DNA of 64,000 nucleotides, taken from NCBI RefSeq assembly GCF_019656335.1, contig NZ_BPLZ01000002.1, positions 178,904-242,903 of the forward strand, given 5' to 3'. The notes below the pieces were generated by a model that was not told the origin of the DNA, did no database searches, and saw only the letters and a list, made by a program, of their open reading frames with translations. Source of the stretch: Pseudomonas sp. NCCP-436 (GTDB taxonomy: Bacteria; Pseudomonadota; Gammaproteobacteria; Pseudomonadales; Pseudomonadaceae). This document shows, piece after piece, positions 30,980 to 39,935 of the stretch (positions within the stretch are counted from its first letter, which is position 1; every line of letters begins with the position of its first letter). The translations under genes and the position numbers were made by a program.

Positions 30980-33022
30980 ATGGAAAACCTTATCCCCTTC
31001 ATCGTCGGGGCAGGGCTGGTCGTTCTTTTCGTGATGGCCCTGATAGCCCTGTTCAAGGCGTTCTACATCAAGGTTCCGCAGGGTACGGCGCTGATCGTCA
31101 ACGACATGAGTTCCACCCCCAAGGTGCACTTCACCGGTGCGCTGGTGTATCCGGTGATCCACCTCAAGGAGTTCATGAAGATATCCCTGATCACCCTGGA
31201 GGTGGATCGTCGCGGCAAGGACGGGCTGATCTGCCGTGACAATCTGCGGGCCGACATCACCGTGGCCTTCTACCTGCGGGTCAACGAAACTCAGGAAGAC
31301 GTGCTAAAGGTGGCCAAGGCCATCGGTGTGGAGCGCGCTTCCGACCGTGGTGCGGTCAACGAGCTGTTCAACGCCAAGTTTTCCGAGGCGCTGAAGACCG
31401 TCGGCAAGCAGTTCGACTTCGTCCAGCTGTTCGAGAATCGCCAGGAGTTCCGTGACCGCATCGTCGAGGTGATCGGCAATGACCTCAACGGCTATGTGCT
31501 GGAGGACGTGGCCATCGACTATCTGGAGCAGACAGCTAAAACGTCGTTGGATCCAAGCAACATTCTTGATGCCGAAGGTATCCGCAAGATCACTGAGCTG
31601 ACCGCCGCGCAGAACGTCATCACCAACGAGCTGGAGCGCAACGAAGAGCTGGCGATCAAGAAGAAAAACGTCGAGACACGCGAGGCCACCCTGGCTCTGG
31701 AACGCCAGCAGGCCGACGCCGAAGCACGGCAGAAGCGTGAGATCGAGACCATCCGTGCCCGCGAAGAGGCCGAAACCCTCAAGGTGCGCGAGGAAGAGCG
31801 TCTGAAGGCCGAACAGGCGCGTATCCAGACTCAGCAGGAGCTGGATATTCGTGCCGAGAACCATTTGCGCGAGGTCGAGGTAGCCCAGCAGAACCGCCAG
31901 CGTGCGGTGGTCATCGAGATGGAGAAGGTCACCCGTGCCAAGGAGCTGGAAATGGTGGCCCGCGAGCGGGAAGTGGAGTTGCAGCGCATCGAAAAGGAAA
32001 AGGCGCTGGAAGAAGAGCGCAAGAATATCGCCGGAGTGATCCGCGAGCGCGTGGCGGTGGAGAAGACCGTGGCGCAGGAAGAGGAGCGCATCAAGGAGGT
32101 GCGCGAGGTTTCCGAGGCCGAGCGTCTCAAGCAGGTCGCCGTGCTCAACGCCCAGGCTGAAGCGGAGCAGGAGCTGGTGCGTCAGGTCAAGCAGGCCGAA
32201 GCCGACGAAGCCCGCTCCAAGCACAAGGCGGTGGAGATCAATACCCTGGCCCAGGCCGAGCTGGAGGCTGCGGCCAAGAGCGCCGAGGCCAAGAAGAAAC
32301 TCGCCGAAGGCATCGAAGCCGAGCGCGCGGCCCCCGGCCTGGCCGACGCCAAGGTGCGTGAAGTCACTGCTGCGGCAAAAGAGAAGGAAGGCCTGGCCGA
32401 AGCCCGCGTGGAGGCCGAGCGTCTGATCGCCGAAGCCAAGGGCGAGCAGGAAAAAGGTCTGGCGGAAGCGCGTGTGCTGGAAGCCCAGGCGGCCGCCAAG
32501 GAGAAAGACGGCCTGGCCGAAGCCAGGGTGATGGAGGAAAAACTCAGTGCCCAGGCACGTGGCGAAGAGCAACTGGGTCTGGCCAAGGCCAAGGCGACCA
32601 AGGAGCAGGGCTCTGCCGAGGCGGCAATCCTGCTGGAGCGTCTGAGCTCCGAAGCCGAAGGTCTGGGCAAGAAGTTCGGTGCTCTGGATTCGCTCAGCGA
32701 TGCGGCGCGTGCCCACGAGGAGTTCCGCATGCAGCTGGAGAAGAGCTTCGAGGAAGCCATGGCTGCCATCGCCGCAAACAAGGAAATCGCCAAGGATCAG
32801 GCCGAGGTGCTGGCCGCGGCCATGGCCAAGGCGAAGATCGAGATCGTCGGCGGCGAGGGCGACTTCTTCAATTCCTTCGCCAAGTCGCTGTCGGTGGGCA
32901 AGGCCATCGAAGGTGTGGTCGGCAAGAGCCCAGTGGTGCAGGACGTGATCGCCCGCCTGCTGGCTGGCAAGGCCGCAGCAGCGCAGCCGGTCGCGCCGAG
33001 CGCAGGTCCGGAGCAGGGCTGA
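30980..33022 (+). CDS. Flotillin-like SPFH/band-7 protein (YqiK-type)
   Basis: N-terminal transmembrane segment, an SPFH domain and a long EA-rich coiled coil with internal repeats. AAAGGAG ribosome-binding site. Confidence 0.88.
   Translation: MENLIPFIVGAGLVVLFVMALIALFKAFYIKVPQGTALIVNDMSSTPKVHFTGALVYPVIHLKEFMKISLITLEVDRRGKDGLICRDNLRADITVAFYLRVNETQEDVLKVAKAIGVERASDRGAVNELFNAKFSEALKTVGKQFDFVQLFENRQEFRDRIVEVIGNDLNGYVLEDVAIDYLEQTAKTSLDPSNILDAEGIRKITELTAAQNVITNELERNEELAIKKKNVETREATLALERQQADAEARQKREIETIRAREEAETLKVREEERLKAEQARIQTQQELDIRAENHLREVEVAQQNRQRAVVIEMEKVTRAKELEMVAREREVELQRIEKEKALEEERKNIAGVIRERVAVEKTVAQEEERIKEVREVSEAERLKQVAVLNAQAEAEQELVRQVKQAEADEARSKHKAVEINTLAQAELEAAAKSAEAKKKLAEGIEAERAAPGLADAKVREVTAAAKEKEGLAEARVEAERLIAEAKGEQEKGLAEARVLEAQAAAKEKDGLAEARVMEEKLSAQARGEEQLGLAKAKATKEQGSAEAAILLERLSSEAEGLGKKFGALDSLSDAARAHEEFRMQLEKSFEEAMAAIAANKEIAKDQAEVLAAAMAKAKIEIVGGEGDFFNSFAKSLSVGKAIEGVVGKSPVVQDVIARLLAGKAAAAQPVAPSAGPEQG
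32380..32600 (+). repeat. Imperfect in-frame tandem repeats inside the flotillin gene (encode KEK(E/D)GLAEARV... units)
   Basis: Three to four units of about 57-60 nt of gaaggcctggccgaagcccgcgtg-like sequence. Confidence 0.6.
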
Positions 33023-33030
33023 AAAATGTA

Positions 33031-33097
33031 GGGTGGACAAGGCTCTTGTTGTCCACCATTGGCGACTCGAACGGTGGACAAGCTGCGCGTTGTCCAC
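33031..33097. promoter_or_regulatory. Twin stem-loops GGTGGACAA-N8-TTGTCCACC (x2) between the flotillin and giant genes
   Basis: 33031-33056 and 33072-33097. Identical 9-bp arms. No U-tail. Confidence 0.5.
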
Positions 33098-33248
33098 CCA
33101 CCGACTACGCAGCATCATCGCCCGGCTTCACCCCGAGGAAGTCGACGAGGCACTGCGCGCCAAGATTGCCATTGTCGAGCAAAAGATCGGCGCTTGACTG
33201 ATGGGGTGGCTCAGGCCATCCGGATGCTGCAAATCCAGGAAGAACACG

Positions 33249-36200
33249 ATGTCGGACGCACAAACACAGGACGTATTGGACCGTGCCGTTGCCGAAGGCG
33301 GCGCCTACGAGGTGCTGCACAGGCGCCTGCAGGAGCAGGGCCAGCGCCTGCGCGGACTGACCGAAGCACTCAATGACCAGCGTCTGGCCGAGTTCGGCAG
33401 CAGTCAGATGGAAGCCATCGGCCGGGTACGCATCCGCACCGAAAACAACTGCATCGCCCGCGATATCGTCCAGGTCGGCGACAGCCTGCTATTCGGCTAC
33501 AACGTGTTCATCGGTCTGAAGAAGGAAACCCACGTCGCCGACGTGTTCTCCCTCTATCGTCTGGTCGAGGGTGTCGAAGGCTTCGAGGCCGAGCCGGTGC
33601 CGCTGGAGGGCAGTTTCCTGGCTCAGGCCAGTTTCGTCGCCGACTTCAACGAGCTGTACACCTATTACAAGAACACCCGCCTGCTGCAGCTAGCCATTCG
33701 CGACGGCAAGCTGCTGGCGAGTTTCCAGATCGGAGAGCGGATCACCGATATCCGCGTGTTCCGCTGGTCGATCTCCATGGACGGCAAGGACGTTCGCTAC
33801 ATCGACAACCGCGGCGAACGCGATATCGCGCTGCCGTCGCCGTTCGACTTCGAATGGCAGAAGACTTCCCGCGAGATGGTGGTCGCCGGCCGCCATCCGC
33901 ACATGAACATTCTCGATACCCTGTTCGTCGAGACCATCGGTGGCGACCTCACCATCAAGGTCGAGAACAACACCCAGGACGGTTTGGGCATCTACCGCGA
34001 AACGGTGGTGGACAAGACCCAGTCGCTGGACGACGCGCAGATCGAATATGCCCGTCTGGGCAGCCTGATCCTGTTGAAGATCCTGCCGTACCGCGAGGAG
34101 CAGTGGCGCTACCTGGTGTTCAACAGCCTGACCCGCCAGGTCGAACGCATCGATGCCATCGGCCTGGCCTGCGTGCAGCTGCCGGAAGACCACGGCATCA
34201 TCTTCCCCGGCGGCTACTACCTGCAGAGCGGCGAGTACAAGACCTTCGAGCAGCCCATGGGCGGCATGCGCTTCAAGCGCTCGGTGCGCTCACCCAACGG
34301 CGAGGACGTGCAGTACATCTTCTACCACCCGGAAGAAGGCCGTTCGGCGTTGTTCACCTACAACATGATCAACCGCCAGCTGCACAACCCCATCTTCGGC
34401 CACGGCTATGCGCGCCTGGAAGACGGGCGCATGGTGATCTTTTCCGCCGAGGGCAGCGAGCCGACCCGCATCCACCCGATGCAGATCTGGCAGACGCCGT
34501 TCGAGAGCGATGACTACGCCGCACGCCAGCCGGCGCGCAGCGGCTTCTTCGGGCGCATCGGCAACGCCGAGCTGGTGCGTGGTGTGTCCGACCTGCTTAA
34601 CCTCAGCCGTGAGATCGACAGCCGCGAAGTGTCGGTGGCGCGCTACACCCAGTTGTGCCAGAACACCCGTCGCCTGTTCGACGTCTATCACTGGCTGGGC
34701 GATGCCCAGTGCGCCGAGCTGGCGCCGCTGCTGCGCGAGATCGCCGCTACTGGCGAGCTGGTACTAGACGAATTCGAGAAGGTCGAGAGCATCCGCCAGC
34801 AGTCTGCCCGCGCCATGGCCGAGGCCGAGACACGGCACAAGAGCCTGCTCTCCGGCCTGCTGGTCGACAGCTGGGACGAGGTGCAGCATTTTGTCGAGGC
34901 ACTCAACGCCATCAATGCCCAACGCGGCCAGTTGCTGACCATCCGCGACCACCGCTACATCGACGTGGCGCGTATCGACGCCATGGAAACCGAGTTGCTG
35001 GAAGCGCAGGAGCGCGTGGCCACGGCCACTTCCGCCTTCCTCGCCAGCGACGCCGCGCTGCAACCCTACGTGCAGCGCCTGGGCGAGCTGGACAGCCTGG
35101 CGCAGAAGGCCGAGAGCGTCACCCAGCTCAACGAGCCGCTGGCCGAGATGCAGGCCATGGCCGGCAACCTGGACATGCTCTCCAGCCTGATGGCCGGGCT
35201 CAAGATCGACGACGCCACCCGGCGCACCGCCATCGTCGAGTCGATTTCCGAGGTCTACGCCCACCTCAACCAGGCCAAGGCGCGTGCCGAGCAGCGGCGC
35301 AAGGGGCTAGGCTCGGCCGAGACCGTGGCGCAGTTCGGCGCCCAGTTCAAGCTATTCGGTCAGGGCATCACCAACGCCCTGGCGCTGGCCCAGGATCCGG
35401 AGAAGTGCGACGAGCAGCTGTCGCGCCTGCTGGTGCAGCTCGAAGAGCTGGAAAGCCAGTTCGGTGATCACGAGCAGTTCCTCAGCGACATTCTCGGCAA
35501 GCGCGAGGAACTGCTGGAAACCTTCGAGTCGCACAAGCAGAGCCTGCTCGACGACCGCCAGCGCCGCGCCCAAGGCGTGCTCGATGCCGCCCGGCGCATC
35601 CTCGACAGCCTGAGCCGACGCACCGCGCGTCTGACCCAGATGGAAGAGCTCAACGCCTTCTTCGCCGCCGACCCGCTGATCCTCAAGCTGCGCGAGATGG
35701 CCGAGCGCCTGCGCGAGCTCAAGGACAGCGTCAAGGCCGATGATGTCGAAGCGCGTCTGAAGGCCGCCCGCGACCAGGCCGTGCGCGCCCTGCGCGACAA
35801 GAGCGAGCTGTTCGAGGAGGGCGGCAACGTCATCAGGCTCGGTCCGCGCCACCGCTTCAGCGTCAACACCCAGGAACTCGACCTGACCCTGATGCCGCGC
35901 GGTGATCAGCTCTATCTGCACCTGACCGGCACCGATTTCCTCGAACCGCTGCGCGACGAGAGGCTGGATGGTCTGCGCGACTACTGGCAGGTGTCGCTGG
36001 AGTCAGAATCGCCTTCGCTGTACCGCGCCGAATACCTCGTCGGCCTGGTGCTCGACGCCGCCTTGGCCGACCGTGAAGGACTGAGCCTGGATCTGCTCAA
36101 GACCCACCTGGCGCAGCCGGAAACCCTGACCCGGCTGATCCGCGACTTCGCCGCGCCGCGCTACAAGGATGCCTACGAGAAGGGCATCCACGATCATGAT

Positions 36201-38486
36201 GCGGCGCTGATCCTCGCCCGGTTGCTGCCGCTGCGCGAAAGCGCCGGGCTGCTGCGTTACGCGCCGGCCGCGCGGGGCTTTGCCGCGCTGTTCTGGAACC
36301 GCTGGGGACAGGATATCGAGGCCGAGCTGTGGCCGGAGCGCGCACGCAGCAGCCTGCACCTGCGCCAGTTGTTCGGCAGCGAGGACGGCGTGCAGCGCCT
36401 GCGCGAAGAGATCGATGCAGCCATGCAGCGCTTCCTCGCCCAGTACCCGCTGCCGGTAGACGCTGCGCAGCGCCAGGCGGCTGCGGCTTATCTGGTCGAG
36501 GAACTGGCGGCCAAGCCCATCGAGTTCAGCTTCAGCAGGTACGCCCGGCAACTGCTCGACAGCCTGCAGCAGCGCATGCAGGCCAGCCATGTCTGGGACG
36601 ACTACCGCGCCGCGCTGGACAACCTGCGTGGCCGCCCGGTGCAGCGCTGGTCGCTGGCGCAGACCTGGTTCGACGGCCTGTGTGCGCAGGATGCCAGCAT
36701 GGCCGAGCTGGCCGACTATGTGCCCGAAGCCATCGCCGTCAGCCTGCTGGATGACGAATTCCCGCGGCGTTTCACCGAGGTCGACCTGCGTTTCACTGTC
36801 AGCGGCCTGCTCGGCGATCATCCGCGTGTGCAGGATGGCGCGCTGCTGCTGGCCATCGACGACTACTTCGCCCGCCTGCAGCAGCACCTGGATCACTTCG
36901 TGCCGCAACTGCAGCGCTACCAGGCGCTGCGCCAGGAGGTGATCAACCGCGAGCGCGATGCGCTGCGCCTGAGCGAATTCAAGCCACGGCCGCTGTCGTC
37001 CTTCGTGCGCAACAAGCTGATCAATGACGTGTACCTGGGTTTCATCGGCGACAACCTGGCCAAGCAGATGGGCACCGCCGGCGAGAACAAGCGTACCGAC
37101 CTGATGGGCCTGCTGATGCTCATCTCACCGCCCGGCTACGGCAAGACCACGCTGATGGAGTACGTGGCACACCGCCTGGGCCTGATCTTCATGAAGGTCA
37201 ACGGCCCGGCGCTCGGTCACGAGGTGCGTTCCATCGATCCGGCGCAGGCGCCGGACGCCACCTCGCGCCAGGAGCTGGAGAAGCTCAACCTGGCTCTGGA
37301 GATGGGCAACAACGTGATGCTCTACGTCGACGACATCCAGCACACCCACCCCGAGTTTCTGCAGAAATTCATCTCGCTGTGCGACGGCACGCGGCGCATC
37401 GAAGGCGTGTGGAAGGGCAGGACCAAGACCTACGACATGCGCGGCAAGAAGTTCTGCGTGGTGATGAGCGGCAACCCGTACACCGAGTCCGGCGACGTGT
37501 TCAAGATTCCCGACATGCTCGCCAACCGCGCCGACATCTACAACCTCGGCGACACCCTCGGCGGCATGCAGGAAGCCTTCGCGCTGAGCTACATCGAGAA
37601 CGCCCTGACCTCCAACCCGGTGCTGGCGCCATTGGCCACCCGCGACATGGCCGACGTCTACCGCTTCGTCGCCAAGGCCGAGGGCAAGCCGTTCTCGGTG
37701 GGCGAGCTGAGCCACACCTACAGCGCCGCCGAGATCAACGAGATCACCTCGACCCTGCAGCGTCTGATGCAGGTGCGCGACGTGGTGCTCAAGGTCAACC
37801 AGCAGTACATCGCCAGCGCCGCGCAGGCCGACAGCTACCGCACCGAGCCGCCGTTCAAGCTGCAGGGCAGCTACCGCAATATGAACAAGATGGCCGAGAA
37901 GATCAGCTCGGTGATGAACGATGCCGAGCTGCTGCAGCTGATCGCCGACCACTATCAGGGCGAGTCGCAGCTGCTCACCACCGGCGCCGAGGAGAACCTG
38001 CTCAAGCTCGCCGAGCTGCGCGGCAACCAGACGTCCGAGCAGGCCGAGCGCTGGGCGCAGATCAAGCGCGACTTCATGCGCAACAAGGCCATGGGCGGCA
38101 GCGACAGCGATATTGGTGGCCGCGTGGTGGCGCAGCTCAATGACCTGGTCGAGAGCGTGCGCGGCCTGGGCGCCGGCAAGTCGGTCAGCGAAGCACCGAG
38201 CATTCCCTGGGAGCAGTTGCTGGCGGGGCTGGATAACCTCGGCAAGCTGCGTCCGCAGGTGGAGCTGGTTGCTCCGCCGCAGCCCGGCACGCAAAAATTG
38301 CTCGAAAGCCTGGCCGATAGCCTGGAGAACAGCTTTCTGCCGCTGATCAAGGCGATGGACAAGAAGATCGACATCGATTTGCGCACCCACAACCGCATGC
38401 TGGAAATCTCCACCCAGCTGCGTGACCTCGGCACGTTGCTCGGCCAGGAGCAGCGCAGCGCTGCCGCGGACGACGAGGCGACGTGA
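33249..38486 (+). CDS. Giant (1745 aa) uncharacterised protein: N-terminal beta-rich region, long coiled-coil middle, single MoxR/AAA_5-type ATPase domain near the C-terminus
   Basis: AGGAAG ribosome-binding site. Walker A SPPGYGKTT (about nt 37128), Walker B MLYVDDIQ, sensor VVMSGNPYTE, and an LANRAD arginine-finger-like motif. Confidence 0.85.
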   Translation: MSDAQTQDVLDRAVAEGGAYEVLHRRLQEQGQRLRGLTEALNDQRLAEFGSSQMEAIGRVRIRTENNCIARDIVQVGDSLLFGYNVFIGLKKETHVADVFSLYRLVEGVEGFEAEPVPLEGSFLAQASFVADFNELYTYYKNTRLLQLAIRDGKLLASFQIGERITDIRVFRWSISMDGKDVRYIDNRGERDIALPSPFDFEWQKTSREMVVAGRHPHMNILDTLFVETIGGDLTIKVENNTQDGLGIYRETVVDKTQSLDDAQIEYARLGSLILLKILPYREEQWRYLVFNSLTRQVERIDAIGLACVQLPEDHGIIFPGGYYLQSGEYKTFEQPMGGMRFKRSVRSPNGEDVQYIFYHPEEGRSALFTYNMINRQLHNPIFGHGYARLEDGRMVIFSAEGSEPTRIHPMQIWQTPFESDDYAARQPARSGFFGRIGNAELVRGVSDLLNLSREIDSREVSVARYTQLCQNTRRLFDVYHWLGDAQCAELAPLLREIAATGELVLDEFEKVESIRQQSARAMAEAETRHKSLLSGLLVDSWDEVQHFVEALNAINAQRGQLLTIRDHRYIDVARIDAMETELLEAQERVATATSAFLASDAALQPYVQRLGELDSLAQKAESVTQLNEPLAEMQAMAGNLDMLSSLMAGLKIDDATRRTAIVESISEVYAHLNQAKARAEQRRKGLGSAETVAQFGAQFKLFGQGITNALALAQDPEKCDEQLSRLLVQLEELESQFGDHEQFLSDILGKREELLETFESHKQSLLDDRQRRAQGVLDAARRILDSLSRRTARLTQMEELNAFFAADPLILKLREMAERLRELKDSVKADDVEARLKAARDQAVRALRDKSELFEEGGNVIRLGPRHRFSVNTQELDLTLMPRGDQLYLHLTGTDFLEPLRDERLDGLRDYWQVSLESESPSLYRAEYLVGLVLDAALADREGLSLDLLKTHLAQPETLTRLIRDFAAPRYKDAYEKGIHDHDAALILARLLPLRESAGLLRYAPAARGFAALFWNRWGQDIEAELWPERARSSLHLRQLFGSEDGVQRLREEIDAAMQRFLAQYPLPVDAAQRQAAAAYLVEELAAKPIEFSFSRYARQLLDSLQQRMQASHVWDDYRAALDNLRGRPVQRWSLAQTWFDGLCAQDASMAELADYVPEAIAVSLLDDEFPRRFTEVDLRFTVSGLLGDHPRVQDGALLLAIDDYFARLQQHLDHFVPQLQRYQALRQEVINRERDALRLSEFKPRPLSSFVRNKLINDVYLGFIGDNLAKQMGTAGENKRTDLMGLLMLISPPGYGKTTLMEYVAHRLGLIFMKVNGPALGHEVRSIDPAQAPDATSRQELEKLNLALEMGNNVMLYVDDIQHTHPEFLQKFISLCDGTRRIEGVWKGRTKTYDMRGKKFCVVMSGNPYTESGDVFKIPDMLANRADIYNLGDTLGGMQEAFALSYIENALTSNPVLAPLATRDMADVYRFVAKAEGKPFSVGELSHTYSAAEINEITSTLQRLMQVRDVVLKVNQQYIASAAQADSYRTEPPFKLQGSYRNMNKMAEKISSVMNDAELLQLIADHYQGESQLLTTGAEENLLKLAELRGNQTSEQAERWAQIKRDFMRNKAMGGSDSDIGGRVVAQLNDLVESVRGLGAGKSVSEAPSIPWEQLLAGLDNLGKLRPQVELVAPPQPGTQKLLESLADSLENSFLPLIKAMDKKIDIDLRTHNRMLEISTQLRDLGTLLGQEQRSAAADDEAT

Positions 38487-39031
38487 GACGAGGCTGGCTG
38501 GTTGAGTTGCGTCCGCTGCTGCTGATCAGCGGCGCGATGCTGCTGGTGCAGGTGGTCAATGGCGCCCGGAGTGGCGCCTTGAATCTCTGGGGCCTGGTGC
38601 CCCGCCATATCGAGGCGCTACCCGGCATCCTTCTCGCGCCCTGGCTACACGGCAGCTGGGCGCATCTGCTCAGCAATCTCAGTGGTCTGCTGGTACTCGG
38701 CAGTCTGGTGCTGCTGCGCTCGCGTCGGGACTTTTTCCTCGCCAGCGCCTTCATCATCGTCGGCAGCGGGGTGCTGGTCTGGCTGTTCGGCCGTACCGGC
38801 CTGCATGTCGGTGCCAGTGGCTGGCTGTTCGGCTTCTGGGGACTTTTACTGGCCCGGGCCTGGTTCGAGCGCAGCCTGCTCGACCTGCTGTTGGCGGTGC
38901 TGGTCTTCTTCCTTTATGGCGGCTGGTTCTTCGGCCTGCTGCCACGCGCCGGGGTCTCCTTCGAGTACCACCTGGCTGGTGCCTTCAGCGGCGTGCTATA
39001 CGCTGCGCTGAGTCGCCACCGCAATCAATGA
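38483..39031 (+). CDS. Rhomboid-family intramembrane serine protease
   Basis: GASGWLFG (Gx-S-G catalytic Ser) and HLAGAFSG (catalytic His). Six transmembrane helices. GTGA start/stop overlap with the giant gene. Confidence 0.8.
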   Translation: MRRGWLVELRPLLLISGAMLLVQVVNGARSGALNLWGLVPRHIEALPGILLAPWLHGSWAHLLSNLSGLLVLGSLVLLRSRRDFFLASAFIIVGSGVLVWLFGRTGLHVGASGWLFGFWGLLLARAWFERSLLDLLLAVLVFFLYGGWFFGLLPRAGVSFEYHLAGAFSGVLYAALSRHRNQ

Positions 39032-39046
39032 CGAAAGGGAATTTGC

Positions 39047-39736
39047 ATGGACTTCAACCGCCTCGACCAAACCCTGCGCGACAGCCTCGCCGACCTGCGC
39101 CTGAGCAATGAAGAGCGCGACGAACTGCGTGATCTGGGCAACGACCTGAGCCCGGATCAGGTGCGCTTCATGCGCAACCGCGCCTTTGCTCTGGTGCGTG
39201 ACCTGATCGCCAACCCCGAGGATGCCCTGCCGGCGCTGAAGTGGCTGGAGCAGGTGATCAAGACCCTGGAAGTGCGCTGTTCACCACTGCGCGGTCACAG
39301 CAGCGCGCACTTCAGTCCTGGCGAGAGCTGCCGCCAGCGCATCCGCGACCTGTGCCGCCACGCCCGGGAGTCGGTGGATGTCTGTGTGTTCACCATCTCC
39401 GATGACCAGCTCAGCGACGAACTGATTGCCGTGCACCGCCGAGGCCTGGCCGTGCGCATCATCAGCGACAGCGAGAAGCGCTTCGACGTCGGCAGTGACA
39501 TCCAGCAGCTGATCGATGCCGGCGTACCGCTGCGCATCGACAACAGCCCCTTCCACATGCACCACAAGTTCGCCCTGTTCGACGGCCGCCTGCTGCTCAA
39601 TGGCAGCTTCAACTGGACCCGCAGTGCCAGCACCAGCAATGAGGAAAACCTGCTGGTGACCGACGACCCGCATCTGGTTGGCGAGTACCAGCGTGAGTTC
39701 GACAAGCTCTGGGGCCGTTATGCAAGCAATGAATGA
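39047..39736 (+). CDS. Phospholipase D-like / Nuc-like single-HKD protein
   Basis: HMHHKFALFDGRLLLNGSFNWTRSA (HxK...D...GSxN). Helical N-terminal extension. AAAGGGA ribosome-binding site. Confidence 0.85.
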   Translation: MDFNRLDQTLRDSLADLRLSNEERDELRDLGNDLSPDQVRFMRNRAFALVRDLIANPEDALPALKWLEQVIKTLEVRCSPLRGHSSAHFSPGESCRQRIRDLCRHARESVDVCVFTISDDQLSDELIAVHRRGLAVRIISDSEKRFDVGSDIQQLIDAGVPLRIDNSPFHMHHKFALFDGRLLLNGSFNWTRSASTSNEENLLVTDDPHLVGEYQREFDKLWGRYASNE

Positions 39737-39935
39737 CGCATGCTTGCGCCACCTGTCCGGTGAGTATCCGCCTGTGGCGATTGACTGCGGCTGAAGGCTG
39801 GAGCGCTGTAACCGGTCCGCTATGGGGCGCTCGGAACAGGTTCTATGATGAGCCTGCTTCCAGCCAGGCGGAAGCAGCAGAGACAGGCTATTCGAGGTAG
39901 ACTTGTCGCCCTGTTTTTTCGCCAAGAAGCCCGCC

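Noticed and set aside
31304-33118. 604-aa minus ORF opposite the flotillin gene; also 36003-36908 and 37125-38390 opposite the giant gene
   Set aside because: Antisense to genes with a strong ribosome-binding site and motifs. The repetitive L/G/Q composition arises from reverse-reading EA-rich codons.
33201-33248. Extended N-terminus (MGWLRPSG...) of the giant protein
   Set aside because: It begins at a non-ATG codon with no ribosome-binding site. ATG 33249 has an AGGAAG ribosome-binding site at proper spacing.
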